A stretch of DNA of 64,000 bases from Nitrospirota bacterium (GCA_027021335.1 JALUUO010000068.1:2273-66272), one strand, 5' to 3'. Counted from the first letter of the stretch, positions 29,942-41,526 are shown. Made by a program: numbers and translations. Notes: generated by a model from the letters alone, not told the origin.

Positions 29942-30823
29942 TTATATTTTGTTTTCCGGTATACGCTTCCAGCGCCTGTGTATCCAGAGCCATTCCTCTG
30001 GGTACTTACCTACATACTCAGCTATTTTTTTGGAGAAGTTCATGGTATTAACTTCCAGATCCTTATCATGATTTCCGGTATGTACTATTGGCATCACCTC
30101 GTTGAAAACAATTCTATGGCTGTTTTTAGTGCGATGAATAAATACCGGGATAACAGCCGCATCGGTTTTAAGCGCCATAAGGGCCGGCATCTTGGTGCTA
30201 TAAGCGCGCCTCCCCAGAAAGTCGGTAATAATTCCCTCTGAAGGTTTTACTCCCTGATCGATCAGGATTGCTACGGAACCTTTTTTGCGGAGAGTTTTAA
30301 GTACATCTCTAAGCGCTCCGTGCTTTGAAATAGAACGGTTTCCAAACATATGGCGAACCCGCTCGATCATACGGTTTAAATAGGGGTTATCCAGTGGACG
30401 GACAACAACCGAAAAGATACATCCCTTCCTTGCTACGGCGTTACCGATAAGCTCCCAGTTGCCAAGATGCCCGGTAATAAGCATCACAGGCCGGCCCGCA
30501 GCTTTTGACTCGAAGTAGTGCCTTAGTCCTTCGTACTCCACACCTCGAAAAACACTTTTGCGGCCAAGCCATACCTGCGATATCTCAACTATGGACATTC
30601 CCAGGCTATTAAAAGACGCCCGTACAATATCATCGCGTTCATGCCCGAACACAAGTTTAGTATTATTAAGAGCGACTTTCCGTCTTCTACCAAAGATGTG
30701 ATAGAAGAACCATCCAAGAGCCTTACCGGTGGGCTTCACAAGGTATTGCGGAAGAACAGAAAGAGGAAGGATGACAATGACAGCCGCAGCAAACTCTGCG
30801 ACTTGAAAAAACAACTTATACAT
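29942..30823 (-). CDS. Lipid A biosynthesis acyltransferase (LpxL/HtrB family)
   Basis: HLGNWE catalytic motif, IDQ, FLG, WLWIHRRWK. Confidence 0.88.
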   Translation of the reverse strand: MYKLFFQVAEFAAAVIVILPLSVLPQYLVKPTGKALGWFFYHIFGRRRKVALNNTKLVFGHERDDIVRASFNSLGMSIVEISQVWLGRKSVFRGVEYEGLRHYFESKAAGRPVMLITGHLGNWELIGNAVARKGCIFSVVVRPLDNPYLNRMIERVRHMFGNRSISKHGALRDVLKTLRKKGSVAILIDQGVKPSEGIITDFLGRRAYSTKMPALMALKTDAAVIPVFIHRTKNSHRIVFNEVMPIVHTGNHDKDLEVNTMNFSKKIAEYVGKYPEEWLWIHRRWKRIPENKI

Positions 30824-30827
30824 TCAA

Positions 30828-33296
30828 CTAACCCTTTTTATCATTTTGGCGGGCGAGTTTTTCTAACTTAACCGATTCTTTGTCTTCTTCTGAATTTTCT
30901 TTCTTTTTTTCCTTATGGGCATCGGCAAGCTCAATTAATCTTTTCATAACAGCATGATTAACTGTTGCTTCCGGATATTCTCCGTTTTCATTCATCTCTC
31001 CGGCAGGCATATCTGTAAGTACCTGCAAAGCATCCTCCGCCTTGTCTATGGCATAGATATGGAAGTTGCCTTTTTTCACCGCATCAACAACATCTGATCT
31101 AAGCATCAGATTTCGTATGTTTCTTGCCGGTATAATCACACCTTGGCTTTTATCAAGCCCTCTTGCCGCACAGATATCGAAGAATCCCTCGATTTTTTCG
31201 TTTACTCCTCCTACCGGCTGCACCTCGCCATGCTGATCCATAGAACCGGTAACAGCTATATTCTGTTTCAACGCAATACCGGTAATACTGCTTAAAAGAA
31301 CATAGAGTTCGGCGCATGTGGCGCTGTCTCCCTCAACTCCTTCGTATAGCTGCTCAAATCCTATAGAAGCAGAAAGGCTTATGGGTTTTTTATGGGCATA
31401 CTTTCCACCAATATATGACGAAAGAATAACGATAGCTTTTTCATGAACCTTACCGCTCATCTTTGTCTCTCGTTCGATGTTTACAACTCCTGCCTTGCCG
31501 GCAAAAACTCTTGAAGTTATCCTGGAGGGCCTGCCGAACATATAGTCTCCGGTTCCGATAACCGTTAGAGCATTGATCTGCCCCACTTTGCTTCCGGATG
31601 TTTCTATAATAAGGGTATCTTCAAGAGTAGCCTCTTTCATAAGGTCCTCTATGCGACTGTTTCTGTAGATTTTTTCCTTTCGGGCTTTCTCTACATGCAG
31701 AGCACTTACAACCTTGCTTCCGTCCTTGCCTGCCCAGTAATCCGCTTCCATTATCAAGTCCGCCACATTACCGAACCTTGCAGATAGTTTTTCCTGGTGA
31801 TCGGCCAGGCGGGAACCATATTCCACCACTTTGGCCACACCGGTTCTATCAAAAGGCTTAAGCCCGTTATTTCTACAGCTGTTTGCAATAAAAGATGCAT
31901 ATTTTTGCAGGGTTCCCTCGTTTCGCTCCATCCTTCCATCGAAGTCCGCCTTCACCTTAAAAAGTTTTTTGTAGTCCTCGTCAAGATTATATAAAAGGTA
32001 GTAGATATACGGGCTGCCCACAAGAACAACCTTAACGTTAAGCGGTATGGGTTCGGGACGCATTGTGGCTATCGAAACCATACGATACTGCTCCCATACG
32101 TCGTCCATACTTATACAGCGGTTTTTCAAGGCACGTTTCAGGCCATCGTAGGCGAAGATGTTTTTAAGAAGGTCCAACGCGTCTATAACAATATAACCGC
32201 CGTTTGCCCTATGCATACTTCCGGCTTTTATCATGGTAAAATCCGTAAAGGCCATTCCGTTTTGCACCCTATGCTCCACACGGCCGAACAGATTGAAGTA
32301 GGTAGGATTTTCTTCTATCACGACTGGTGCACCGGTTATGCCTTTATTGTCAACCATAACGTTAACCTTATACCTGGTGAAATCTTTATCAGGCTTCATA
32401 CCCATGCCCACTATCATCATAGCCGGTTGCTGGCCTTCCTCCTGCGCCTTGAAGTCCGAAAGATTGTCAAGGACATCCTCGTACACCTCTTCCAGGTACT
32501 TCAGCACCGTTTCGCTTTCCCGGTATTTGCTCTGGAGCTCGGCGATCCACTGCCTGACCTCTTCCTGCGCGATCTCGCGTTCTAATATCCGTACCCTTTT
32601 CTTGGCTTCCTTCTCCCCCTGACGCACCTGCCGTACCACATCGTCCAGTTGCTCCTGAAGTCTTTTCCCCATCTTTTCTATGTTTTTTTTAGTATCTGCA
32701 TCAAGGGCTGCAAACTCTTCATCCGTAAGGGCTTCACCATCTTTTTTTACAGGCGCTACCACCAGGCCGTGTGTCAACTTACGAATAGAGAAGCTGTTGT
32801 TTTTTGCCTCATCCTCCAACTCGGAAAACAGGTCTCTTTGCTTTATCTGTAACGCCTCAAAAATTTTGTTCTTCTGTTTTTCGTACTCCTTTGATTCAAA
32901 GACCTTTGTAATTTCAGCCCTCAGAACTTTTGTGAGTTCCACCATATCTTTCTGGAAGATCACACCTTCTCCAGGATGAAGTTCCAGAGTGCGTGGATAG
33001 TCGGGCTTTGCGAAATTATATACATAACACTGATCAGGAGGAACCGTCTCACTTGCGGCTTTTTTCAGGATAAGATTTTTGACGGTGGTCATCTTTCCCG
33101 TCCCCTGTTGCCCCAGTGCATAGATATTAAATCCCTGCACACTGTTGCTAACATCAAGACCGAATTCCAGGGCGCTTTGAGCCCGCGTCTGGCCAATAGT
33201 TCCCTCAAACTCCGGCAGGTCACTTGTGGTCTCGAACCCGAATACGTCAGGAGCACAAAAATTATTTAATTCCTCAGCAATCAATTTCTTATACAT
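30828..33296 (-). CDS. Lon-like ATP-dependent protease (LonC/S16 with coiled-coil insert)
   Basis: IGQTRA, GTGKMT, HRANGGY, EGDSAT Ser and GGVNEKIEGF Lys dyad. Confidence 0.9.
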   Translation of the reverse strand: MYKKLIAEELNNFCAPDVFGFETTSDLPEFEGTIGQTRAQSALEFGLDVSNSVQGFNIYALGQQGTGKMTTVKNLILKKAASETVPPDQCYVYNFAKPDYPRTLELHPGEGVIFQKDMVELTKVLRAEITKVFESKEYEKQKNKIFEALQIKQRDLFSELEDEAKNNSFSIRKLTHGLVVAPVKKDGEALTDEEFAALDADTKKNIEKMGKRLQEQLDDVVRQVRQGEKEAKKRVRILEREIAQEEVRQWIAELQSKYRESETVLKYLEEVYEDVLDNLSDFKAQEEGQQPAMMIVGMGMKPDKDFTRYKVNVMVDNKGITGAPVVIEENPTYFNLFGRVEHRVQNGMAFTDFTMIKAGSMHRANGGYIVIDALDLLKNIFAYDGLKRALKNRCISMDDVWEQYRMVSIATMRPEPIPLNVKVVLVGSPYIYYLLYNLDEDYKKLFKVKADFDGRMERNEGTLQKYASFIANSCRNNGLKPFDRTGVAKVVEYGSRLADHQEKLSARFGNVADLIMEADYWAGKDGSKVVSALHVEKARKEKIYRNSRIEDLMKEATLEDTLIIETSGSKVGQINALTVIGTGDYMFGRPSRITSRVFAGKAGVVNIERETKMSGKVHEKAIVILSSYIGGKYAHKKPISLSASIGFEQLYEGVEGDSATCAELYVLLSSITGIALKQNIAVTGSMDQHGEVQPVGGVNEKIEGFFDICAARGLDKSQGVIIPARNIRNLMLRSDVVDAVKKGNFHIYAIDKAEDALQVLTDMPAGEMNENGEYPEATVNHAVMKRLIELADAHKEKKKENSEEDKESVKLEKLARQNDKKG

Positions 33297-33362
33297 AATT
33301 TTTTATACATCTCCGTTTCTTCTATCGCCCTTCTCAATTCACTCTTCATAAGTTCATAACTC

Positions 33363-34229
33363 TCATCCTCTTGGATGAAACTCCTTGTGCACCTTTTTCA
33401 ACCTGCCCGAGGTAACTTTGGTATATACCTGTGTCGTACTGATATCGCAATGGCCGAGCATCTTCTGGATCGATCTTAGGTCTGCTCCGCCTTCAAGTAA
33501 ATGGGTGGCAAACGAATGGCGCACAACATGCGGTGAAAGGTCAAGCGAAAGCTCTTTTCCGTACTTTTTTATACACTGCCAAAACCTTTGACGAGTGATA
33601 CGTCTGCCACCCTGGGATACAAATATATACGGAGATATTTTTCCCTTAAGAATCATAGGCCTTCCATTTACAAGATAGTTGTTAACCGCCATAAGCGCGC
33701 GTGAATTGACAGGCGTAACACGGCTTTTATTCCCTTTGCCGGTAAGCTGGATAAATCCTGCCTCGAAGTTTATATCTCCCAGCTTCAATGATATGAGTTC
33801 ACTTACACGGAGGCCTGAGGAATACATCAGTTCCATCATGGCAGTGTCGCGAAGTCCCATATGGCCTTTTCTGGGGGTATCAAGCAGTCTCTGTATCTCG
33901 TCCGAACTTAATGCTTTTGGAAGCCTGCGCCATCCCTTCAAATTCTTAAGAGCTTCGGTAGGATCGTTATCCATAACCTTTTCGGCAACCAGAAACCTGG
34001 CATACCCGCGGATGGTTGAAAGCGCTCTGGAGACGGTAGCAGGAGATTTTCCCTCGTCAAGCTGTTTGAGGCAGAAAGAGCCTATGGTCTCCCTGGAAAA
34101 AGATGTCATATCTTCATTGCACGACAAAACAAAGCATGCAAACCGCTTAAGATCATTACGGTAAGATTCCAGTGTATTTCCGGAAAGGCCTTTTTCCACA
34201 ATAAGGAAATCAAGAAATGTCTCTACCAT
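33363..34229 (-). CDS. xerD: Tyrosine recombinase XerD
   Basis: EKGLSGNT, SGLRVSEL, TRQRFW, SPHVVRHSFATHLL, TTQVYT, FHPRG. Confidence 0.92.
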   Translation of the reverse strand: MVETFLDFLIVEKGLSGNTLESYRNDLKRFACFVLSCNEDMTSFSRETIGSFCLKQLDEGKSPATVSRALSTIRGYARFLVAEKVMDNDPTEALKNLKGWRRLPKALSSDEIQRLLDTPRKGHMGLRDTAMMELMYSSGLRVSELISLKLGDINFEAGFIQLTGKGNKSRVTPVNSRALMAVNNYLVNGRPMILKGKISPYIFVSQGGRRITRQRFWQCIKKYGKELSLDLSPHVVRHSFATHLLEGGADLRSIQKMLGHCDISTTQVYTKVTSGRLKKVHKEFHPRG

Positions 34230-34447
34230 GCAGGTTATCCTAAACGTTCTTAATCATTCATCGCAGTTTAGCTTAAATTTAGCTGAAATATTGCTTTACT
34301 GGAATTTACAAGTAATTTCCGGAAAACCTTTACTAAGCTAAACAACATTTATATAGCACAACAAGTTGATCGGTCTTTCTGCTTAATATGCGCATCTCTT
34401 TGCGACAGACGGCTCAACCCGGGCGGAGAAAAAAGCTTTGCCGCTAA

Positions 34448-35194
34448 TTACACCAGGTCTTTGTACTTAAGGCCGCAGCCTCCAAAAATATCAAGTGCGC
34501 TGCCCACTGTAAAATCCAGCTTTCCGCCTCCGAGCCTCTGAATGCTGGAGATATCCTCCATGGATCTGATGCCGCCTGCATAGGTGGTCGGCAGCATGGT
34601 CCACCTGCCAAGGTTTTCGACAAGTTCCGCCTCTATTCCTGAACACTTACCCTCGACATCAACGGCATGAACCAGGAACTCTGAACAATACTTAGAAAAG
34701 AACTCCAGTGTTTCCGGAGAAATCTCAACATCTGTAAAATTCCGCCACAACTCGGTAACTATATAGTATCTTCCATCTTTTTTTCTGCAGCTAAGATCGA
34801 GAACCAGTCTTTCCCTTCCAACCGCACGAACGATGTTTTGCAGGTGCTCATTATTCACACGGCCGTTGCTAAAGACATAAGATGTAACTATCACACGTTC
34901 AGCGCCCGCGTCAAGCCAGTAACCGGCATTGGTGTTATTGACGCCACCTCCAAGCTGAAGTCCGCCGGGATAGGCATGTAAAGCATCAAGCGCAGCCTTA
35001 TCGTTTCCAGGTCCAAGTTTGATGACATGCCCGCCCTTAAGTCCGTCTTTACGGTAAAGAGATGCATAATACGAGGCCGGCCGGCCGGATTGAAAGTTTG
35101 TGTCCGGTCCTGCTGCTTCACTGTTTTGAAGTGTGCCGCCGACTATCTGTTTTACAAGCCCGTTATGCAGGTCAATACACGGTCTAAAACGCAT
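34448..35194 (-). CDS. hisA: ProFAR isomerase, His6 (eukaryote-like) type
   Basis: FRPCIDLHNGLVKQIVGGT, LVLDLSCR, HAVDVEG, TVGSALDIFGG are typical of the His6-like subfamily. Confidence 0.85.
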   Translation of the reverse strand: MRFRPCIDLHNGLVKQIVGGTLQNSEAAGPDTNFQSGRPASYYASLYRKDGLKGGHVIKLGPGNDKAALDALHAYPGGLQLGGGVNNTNAGYWLDAGAERVIVTSYVFSNGRVNNEHLQNIVRAVGRERLVLDLSCRKKDGRYYIVTELWRNFTDVEISPETLEFFSKYCSEFLVHAVDVEGKCSGIEAELVENLGRWTMLPTTYAGGIRSMEDISSIQRLGGGKLDFTVGSALDIFGGCGLKYKDLV

Positions 35195-35236
35195 TTTCAG
35201 GTTTTTTGTTTTTTAGACTTTTTGATTTTAGGTTCA

Positions 35237-36616
35237 CTAGACAAGTCTTTCGGGATCCAGAAGTTTATCTGCATCACCTTCAGAAAGCAGCCCTTCCTGT
35301 ATCACAACTTCCTTAACGGTTTTTCCCTGGATATACGCCTTTTCAGAAACTTCTGCCGCCTTATGGTAACCGATGATGGGGTTAAGAGCAGTTGCCATGG
35401 CAAGACTTTGCTCCACACGGCGTTCGCATTCCTTACGGTCCGCTTTTATACCGCTGAGGCAGAGATCGTTAAATGTCCGCAAGCCATTGGATAATATTTC
35501 GATCGACATCAGGGTGTTATACGCGATTAGCGGCATCATAACATTAAGTTCAAGCTGACCAGCCTGAGCGGCATACGTGATCGTAGCATCGTTGCCTATT
35601 ACCTGGAAACAGACCATGTTCATCATTTCCGCCATGACCGGATTTACCTTGCCGGGCATTATCGAAGAGCCGGGCTGAACTGCGGGGAGCTTAAGTTCGG
35701 CCAGGCCGGTCCTTGGCCCGGAGGACAGAAGCCGTATATCATTGGCGATTCTGGATACCGTAACGGCCAGCCCCCTTAAAGCGGCCGAAAGCTCCAGCGC
35801 GCCAACCACGTTCTGAATTCCCTCAAAAGTATTGTCCATGGGCCTGAACTTCATCCGGGTTATCCGTGCTATTTCACGAACGACTTCCGGCCGGTAACGT
35901 GGATGCGCGTTTATACCGGTACCCACCGCATTTCCGCCAAGGGGCAGCTCAAGAAGGGTTTGCGCAGTATGTTCGATCCTCAGTTTTTCCCGCTCCAGAG
36001 CTGATGCATAGCCTGAAAACTCCTGCCCAAGCCGCATCGGCACCGCGTCTTGAAGGTGAGTACGGCCGGATTTTACTATGGGCATGAATGCCTTTACCTT
36101 TCGTGCAAGGGTTTTGCTCAAAGAATTGAGAACCGGTCTCAGGTCATACTTTAATGCCTCTAGAGCGGATATATGTATTGCTGTCGGCATTGTATCGTTT
36201 GTGGACTGCGCCATGTTTACATGATCGTTAGGGTTGCAGAGCGAAGTATCTCCTTTTTGTCCGCCAAGAATCTCATTTGCCCGGTTTGCAATTACCTCAT
36301 TGGCATTCATATTTTGGGATGTTCCGGCCCCGGCCTGGTAAACATCGACACAAAACTGGTTATCATGCCTGCCTTCCACGACCTCTTGGGCTGCCTGTTC
36401 AATCGCGGAGGCGAGCTTTTTATCCAGCTTTCCCAGGCGGCCGTTTGTGCGGGCTGCGGCAAGTTTAATTATTCCCTGGGCATGTACAAATCGCCGGGGC
36501 AGACGAAGTCCGCTTACCGGAAAATTCTGAATGGCTCGCTGGGTCTGTGCCCCGTAAAGTGCTTTTGCGGGCACCTTAACCTCTCCCAGCGTATCTGTTT
36601 CTATTCTGTATTTCAT
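35237..36616 (-). CDS. Class II fumarate hydratase / aspartate ammonia-lyase family
   Basis: GRTHLQDA and GSSIMPGKVNP signature; fumC and aspA cannot be told apart here. Confidence 0.88.
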   Translation of the reverse strand: MKYRIETDTLGEVKVPAKALYGAQTQRAIQNFPVSGLRLPRRFVHAQGIIKLAAARTNGRLGKLDKKLASAIEQAAQEVVEGRHDNQFCVDVYQAGAGTSQNMNANEVIANRANEILGGQKGDTSLCNPNDHVNMAQSTNDTMPTAIHISALEALKYDLRPVLNSLSKTLARKVKAFMPIVKSGRTHLQDAVPMRLGQEFSGYASALEREKLRIEHTAQTLLELPLGGNAVGTGINAHPRYRPEVVREIARITRMKFRPMDNTFEGIQNVVGALELSAALRGLAVTVSRIANDIRLLSSGPRTGLAELKLPAVQPGSSIMPGKVNPVMAEMMNMVCFQVIGNDATITYAAQAGQLELNVMMPLIAYNTLMSIEILSNGLRTFNDLCLSGIKADRKECERRVEQSLAMATALNPIIGYHKAAEVSEKAYIQGKTVKEVVIQEGLLSEGDADKLLDPERLV

Positions 36617-36630
36617 CGAATAACCTCTCC

Positions 36631-36660
36631 GTAGAGGCGGAGTTGAAACCCTTCCCTACA
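36631..36660 (+). repeat. Degenerate GTAG-type REP-like palindrome
   Basis: GTAGAGGCGGAGTTGAAACCCTTCCCTACA resembles GTAGGG...AAACCC...CCCTAC REP elements; single copy in the window. Confidence 0.3.
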
Positions 36661-36664
36661 ATAT

Positions 36665-37705
36665 CTATTCCCCTGCAGCATTAATCGCATCGATCAGGTT
36701 TCGCAACCTGCCAAAATCCTTGCGATTGAAATCAATAACAAGCCTTGTAAGATAAGCCAACCCAGGTTCATCTGCCTCCTCAGGCAGAGCCCCGCATATG
36801 CGCATGCCCTTCCCTCCCGGTGTTAGTATGTCGCCAAAAAGGCTCTCCAGTTCCAGAAGCAGACTTTGTTTTATGCCTGATACAAGCCGGATCACCAATA
36901 AACCGTTTACATATCTCAGGCTATGGTAACGGCTGTAGAAACGGTTTATAATTTCGACAACTGCATCAACGGAATCGACACACTCAAACAGTGAAAAATC
37001 GGAATCGCTTATATATCCCTGCTTAAGGAGTTCATCCTCGAAAAACTTCAGCCACCGGTGCCAGTATGTTCCGCCCGGCTCATCCACAAGTATAAGAGGC
37101 AAAGGATCGCGTTTTCCTGTCTGAAGCAGGGTCAGGGTTTCCATGGCTTCGTCAAGGGTACCAAACCCGCCTGGAAACAGGGCAATAGCATGGGCTTCTT
37201 TAATAAAAGCCACCTTACGGTTAAAAAAATACTTATACGTGATAAGACGAGGGTTGCCTTCAAGCACAGTATTGGCCTTTTGCTCAAATGGAAGCCGGAT
37301 ATTGACCCCAAAGGAGTTTTCCGGACCTGCACCTTCGTTAACCGACTGCATGATTCCAGGCCCGGCACCGGTTATAACCATGTATCCGGCTTCCACCAGT
37401 TTTTTCCCCAGTGTTCTGGCTGTAAGGTAGACTGGTTCGGACGGATCGGTTCTTGCCGAACCGAAAACAGTCACTTTTTTCATATGCCGGTAAGGAGAGA
37501 ACACCTTGGAAGTAAAACGCATCTCTTTCAAGGTAGAGTTCATCTGCTTAAGATCCGCGCGGTCCCGCCCTTCCTGGCCGGCTTTGAGAGCCGCAAGTAT
37601 CATCTCACGAACCAGCCCCGGATGCTGGATATCCTCCACAAGTTCTATCAGGTTGTCTATAGCTTCGTCCGCCGGCCCGTTTGTTTTGGTAAAATGTAGT
37701 TCCAT
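36665..37705 (-). CDS. LOG family (lysine-decarboxylase-like) protein
   Basis: VTVFGSART, ITGAGPGIM, YFFNRK, FPGGFGTLDE. Confidence 0.88.
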   Translation of the reverse strand: MELHFTKTNGPADEAIDNLIELVEDIQHPGLVREMILAALKAGQEGRDRADLKQMNSTLKEMRFTSKVFSPYRHMKKVTVFGSARTDPSEPVYLTARTLGKKLVEAGYMVITGAGPGIMQSVNEGAGPENSFGVNIRLPFEQKANTVLEGNPRLITYKYFFNRKVAFIKEAHAIALFPGGFGTLDEAMETLTLLQTGKRDPLPLILVDEPGGTYWHRWLKFFEDELLKQGYISDSDFSLFECVDSVDAVVEIINRFYSRYHSLRYVNGLLVIRLVSGIKQSLLLELESLFGDILTPGGKGMRICGALPEEADEPGLAYLTRLVIDFNRKDFGRLRNLIDAINAAGE

Positions 37706-37724
37706 AAGCTGGTAAAAGATGTTT

Positions 37725-39164
37725 TTAGGCTAATTTTCTCCTGTAGTTATTTATAACCATAATAGCTTTTTTTAGCCGTTTCAGAGTTTTTTCTTTGCCC
37801 ATAACTTCTATCAGTTCGTAAATGCCCGGGCTTGCCGTGCCTCCGGTAAGCGCGACCCTGACAGGCTGAGCAAGTTTCTTAAGCTTGATCTCTGCCTTTT
37901 CGCAAATTTCCTTAAAGACTGCTTCCAACGTGTCGTGAGTAAAATCATTGAGGTTTTCTATATGTTCCGTCAATGTCTCAAGAAGTGGAAGAGATTCATC
38001 CACAAGAAATTTTTCACGGGCTTTTTTATCATACTCCACCTCGTCGGCAATGTAGTAACGCATAGAGTCCGCCATTTCCACCAGGGTTCTGCTTCGCTCC
38101 TTAAGTGTATCAACGGCCCTGGCAAGCCATTTAGAATCAAGGACAGTATCCTCACTGATTAAGCCGTTTTTCGAAAGAAACGGTTTAAGAAGCTCAGAGA
38201 GTTTCTCCGAAGACATGCTTTTTATATAATGGGCGTTCAGCCATAGAAGTTTTTCGGGATTAAATACAGCCGCAGCTTTGCCAATACTTTTGAAGGAGAA
38301 TTTCTCTATCATCTCCTGCATAGAAAAAACCTCCTGGTCGCCGCTTGACCAGCCCAGACGCACAAGGTAATTATTAAGAGCCTCAGGCAGGTATCCCATC
38401 TCCTTGTATGCCATAACTGAAGTGGCCCCATGACGCTTTGACAGCCGAGCCTTATCCGCTCCTAGGATCATAGGCAGATGAGCAAATTTGGGTGGTTCCT
38501 TCAGGCTGAGCGCTCTGTAGAGCTGAATCTGCTTTGGAGTGTTGTTTATGTGATCGTCACCCCGGATTATATGAGAAATATTCATATCCAGGTCGTCTAT
38601 TACAACAACAAAATTATAAACAGGCGTTCCGTCTGAACGCGCAATTATAAAATCATCAAGCTGACTGTTTTCAAATACCATACGGCCTCTTATCAAATCA
38701 TCCACAACCGTGGTTCCAGGCGGCATTTTAAAACGGACGACAGGATCTACACCTTCACGGGGCTTTTTGCGCTGCCGGCAGGTTCCATCATATTTATATA
38801 GTTTTTTAGCGGCTACCGCCGCTGCTTTTTTTACTTCCAGCTCCTCTTTTGTACAGTAACAGTAATAGGCTTTTTCTTCGGCCAGTATCCTGTCTATATA
38901 CTGTTTGTATACGCCAAGCCTATCTGTCTGGCGATACGGTCCTTCATCGGCCTTTAAGCCAAGCCATTGCATGCCGGCCAGGATCGCCTGTATGTACTCA
39001 TCAGTTGAACGGTCCCTGTCCGTATCTTCAATCCTAAGTATGAATATACCACCGCAGGATTTCGCATAAAGCCAGTTAAAAAGTGCAGTACGCGCTCCAC
39101 CGATATGCAGGTAACCGGTAGGGCTTGGCGCAAAGCGCACTCGAACCTTTTCATGCTCCGACAT
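37725..39164 (-). CDS. gltX: Glutamate--tRNA ligase
   Basis: [34 protein letters not shown]. Confidence 0.97.
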   Translation of the reverse strand: MSEHEKVRVRFAPSPTGYLHIGGARTALFNWLYAKSCGGIFILRIEDTDRDRSTDEYIQAILAGMQWLGLKADEGPYRQTDRLGVYKQYIDRILAEEKAYYCYCTKEELEVKKAAAVAAKKLYKYDGTCRQRKKPREGVDPVVRFKMPPGTTVVDDLIRGRMVFENSQLDDFIIARSDGTPVYNFVVVIDDLDMNISHIIRGDDHINNTPKQIQLYRALSLKEPPKFAHLPMILGADKARLSKRHGATSVMAYKEMGYLPEALNNYLVRLGWSSGDQEVFSMQEMIEKFSFKSIGKAAAVFNPEKLLWLNAHYIKSMSSEKLSELLKPFLSKNGLISEDTVLDSKWLARAVDTLKERSRTLVEMADSMRYYIADEVEYDKKAREKFLVDESLPLLETLTEHIENLNDFTHDTLEAVFKEICEKAEIKLKKLAQPVRVALTGGTASPGIYELIEVMGKEKTLKRLKKAIMVINNYRRKLA

Positions 39165-39958
39165 TAATTTCTCCTTTTTACTCGGTCATTGCCCGATATA
39201 ATAAACATAATCCAGCTGCCGCAGATAATCATTAAGCTACTTAAAAGCTGTCCCATGGTTATAAAACCAAACAGAAAGCCGAGCTGAGGATCAGGTTCCC
39301 TGAAGAACTCAGCTATTATCCGGAAAAAACCGTAACATATCAAAAACAAGGCGGTCATCTGTCCAGGCTTTTTAAGCCTATGTCTTGCAGACCACATAAC
39401 TATAAATAATATAATACCTTCCAGCCCCAGCTCATATAGTTGAGACGGATGCCTCGGCAGCGAACCGGCATGCGGAAATACCATGCCCCATGGAAGACCG
39501 GTGATTCTTCCCCACAACTCCCCGTTTATAAAATTGCCCAGGCGTCCAAAGCCCAGCCCGATAGGAGCCGTAATCATCACAATATCGGCAAGAGCCAGCG
39601 CCGGAACTCCATGCTTGCGGCAGAACCATATGCCTGCTGCCGAAGCGCCAAGCAGGCCGCCATGAAAGGACATCCCGCCTTTCCATACAGCAACAATACT
39701 AAGTGGATTGGAAACGGCTTCCTCAAAATCATAAAAAAGCATGTAACCAATCCTGGCCCCCAGTATAAGACCCAGAACCAGGAGAAAAAAGAGATCTTCT
39801 ATCTGTTCATCCTTGAGCACCTTCCTTTCCAGGTTCAAACGGTATTTTATAAGCAGAAATGATGAGCCGAAACCAAACAGGTACATCATCCCGTACCATC
39901 TGAAGACCAGCGGACCTATTCGAAAAATAACAGGATCGATATTTGGAAAGGGAATCAT
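39164..39958 (-). CDS. lgt: Prolipoprotein diacylglyceryl transferase
   Basis: [39 protein letters not shown]. Confidence 0.97.
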   Translation of the reverse strand: MIPFPNIDPVIFRIGPLVFRWYGMMYLFGFGSSFLLIKYRLNLERKVLKDEQIEDLFFLLVLGLILGARIGYMLFYDFEEAVSNPLSIVAVWKGGMSFHGGLLGASAAGIWFCRKHGVPALALADIVMITAPIGLGFGRLGNFINGELWGRITGLPWGMVFPHAGSLPRHPSQLYELGLEGIILFIVMWSARHRLKKPGQMTALFLICYGFFRIIAEFFREPDPQLGFLFGFITMGQLLSSLMIICGSWIMFIISGNDRVKRRN

Positions 39959-39991
39959 TATTGGAAAATCATCAGAAAGTAACCGGAAATT

Positions 39992-40037
39992 AAAAAAGGG
40001 GCTGAAACCATGTCCTGGGGGACTGGCACTGCCCCTG
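39992..40037 (-). terminator. Probable terminator after atpE
   Basis: AGGGGC...GCCCCT stem followed by a T-run on the minus strand. Confidence 0.5.
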
Positions 40038-40086
40038 TGAAAATATTACGTTATAATTTTTTCTGCTTCTACAGCCCTGTCAGTTT

Positions 40087-40404
40087 TTACCACTTAACAA
40101 ACAAGATAATCAGTGAAACCACCAAGGCGTAAATGGCAAGCGACTCGATCATTGCAAGACCGATAATAAGTACTGTCTGGATCTTGCTGACCGCGCCCGG
40201 ATTGCGGGCAATACCTTCCACTGCTTTGCCGACACCAAGACCCTGTCCAATGCCGGCTCCGAACGCAGCCAAACCGATCGAAATAGCAGAAGCCAGGTAA
40301 GCCATTGAGTGAAGACTTGTTTCGCCGTCTTCTGCCGCAAAAGCGGTTGAAGCTACCAGCACAAGCAGGGTTACAATAAACAATACACCTGAATGCTTTT
40401 TCAT
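40087..40404 (-). CDS. atpE: F0 ATP synthase subunit c (with N-terminal signal-like extension)
   Basis: GAGIGQG, ARNP loop, IESLAIY. Confidence 0.95.
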   Translation of the reverse strand: MKKHSGVLFIVTLLVLVASTAFAAEDGETSLHSMAYLASAISIGLAAFGAGIGQGLGVGKAVEGIARNPGAVSKIQTVLIIGLAMIESLAIYALVVSLIILFVKW

Positions 40405-40449
40405 AGCATGTCCTCCTTTCTTTAAAAATTTATACGAAAATATATTGGC

Positions 40450-41109
40450 TCAATGCGCGTGTTCAACAGCGCCTGCCAAGTAAAGAGTGCTTAGCAAAAC
40501 AAAAACAAATGCCTGAATCACACTCACAAGTGTACCTAATGCTAAAACTGCGCTAGGTATAATCCAAGGAGAAAGTAAGCCCAGAATCGCAAGAATATAA
40601 TGTTTGGCAATCATGTTGCCGAAAAGACGTACGGAAAGCGTGACAGGCCGGGCTAGATGTCCGATCAACTCTATTGGCAACATCAGAGGAGCCAGCGCCA
40701 GCATAGGGCCGGTAAAATGCTTTATATAGCCGGCGCCATGATGTTTAAGACCCAAGTAATGAGTATAAAAGAAGACAGGAAGTGCCAGTGCCAGTGTTGT
40801 ATTTATGTTTGATGTAGGGGCCCCGAAACCAGGAACAAGGCCGAGAAAGTTTCCAAACAGGATAAACAGGCCAAGAGAAGCTATCAGCGGAAAAACATTA
40901 CGTCCATATTTCCCCATGGCATCCTCAATGATTTCAAGAAAGAAGTCAAGAAATGACTCAACAAGATTCTGAAGCCCGCCAGGCTTCAACGCCATAGCAC
41001 CACGCACTGTGACGGCAATGGCCAGTATGAACCCCATTACCAGCCAGCCATGCGTTACGTAAAGCGGTATGGCATGTATGCTGTGGAAAAACTCGAACGG
41101 TTCCTTCAT
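40450..41109 (-). CDS. atpB: F0 ATP synthase subunit a
   Basis: PTSNIN, ARPVTLSVRLFGNM, IQAFVFVLL. Confidence 0.95.
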   Translation of the reverse strand: MKEPFEFFHSIHAIPLYVTHGWLVMGFILAIAVTVRGAMALKPGGLQNLVESFLDFFLEIIEDAMGKYGRNVFPLIASLGLFILFGNFLGLVPGFGAPTSNINTTLALALPVFFYTHYLGLKHHGAGYIKHFTGPMLALAPLMLPIELIGHLARPVTLSVRLFGNMIAKHYILAILGLLSPWIIPSAVLALGTLVSVIQAFVFVLLSTLYLAGAVEHAH

Positions 41110-41526
41110 GATGGTAAACTCACTCCTTAGGATTTTCTATATAATTTATGAATTTTCGTATAAATATAATAACAATAAAACTGGCTGATAGGGTAAGACG
41201 TTAATTTTTTATTCTTCTAAAAAGCCTTTAAAACTTTTTATTAAATAAATTTTAAAAACTTAATATACTACAAACGCCCTATTTAGCATGTCAAGCTCGC
41301 TAAGTAACAATATGCGCATTTTTAGACTCTTCTCCACTTTTTTCAGTTTTACATTTTGCACGCTTTGCAACATGGCTCTTGACAGAACAAAAACATAAAT
41401 GGTAGAAAATACAGGCTTACGTCGTTGGAATTTGGAACTGTTTTTCTATTGAGGTTCCTAATTAAATGCATCTCCTAACGTCTGCTATAGCCCTGATATT
41501 TAAAACCTTTTGGAGATACTTTACTG

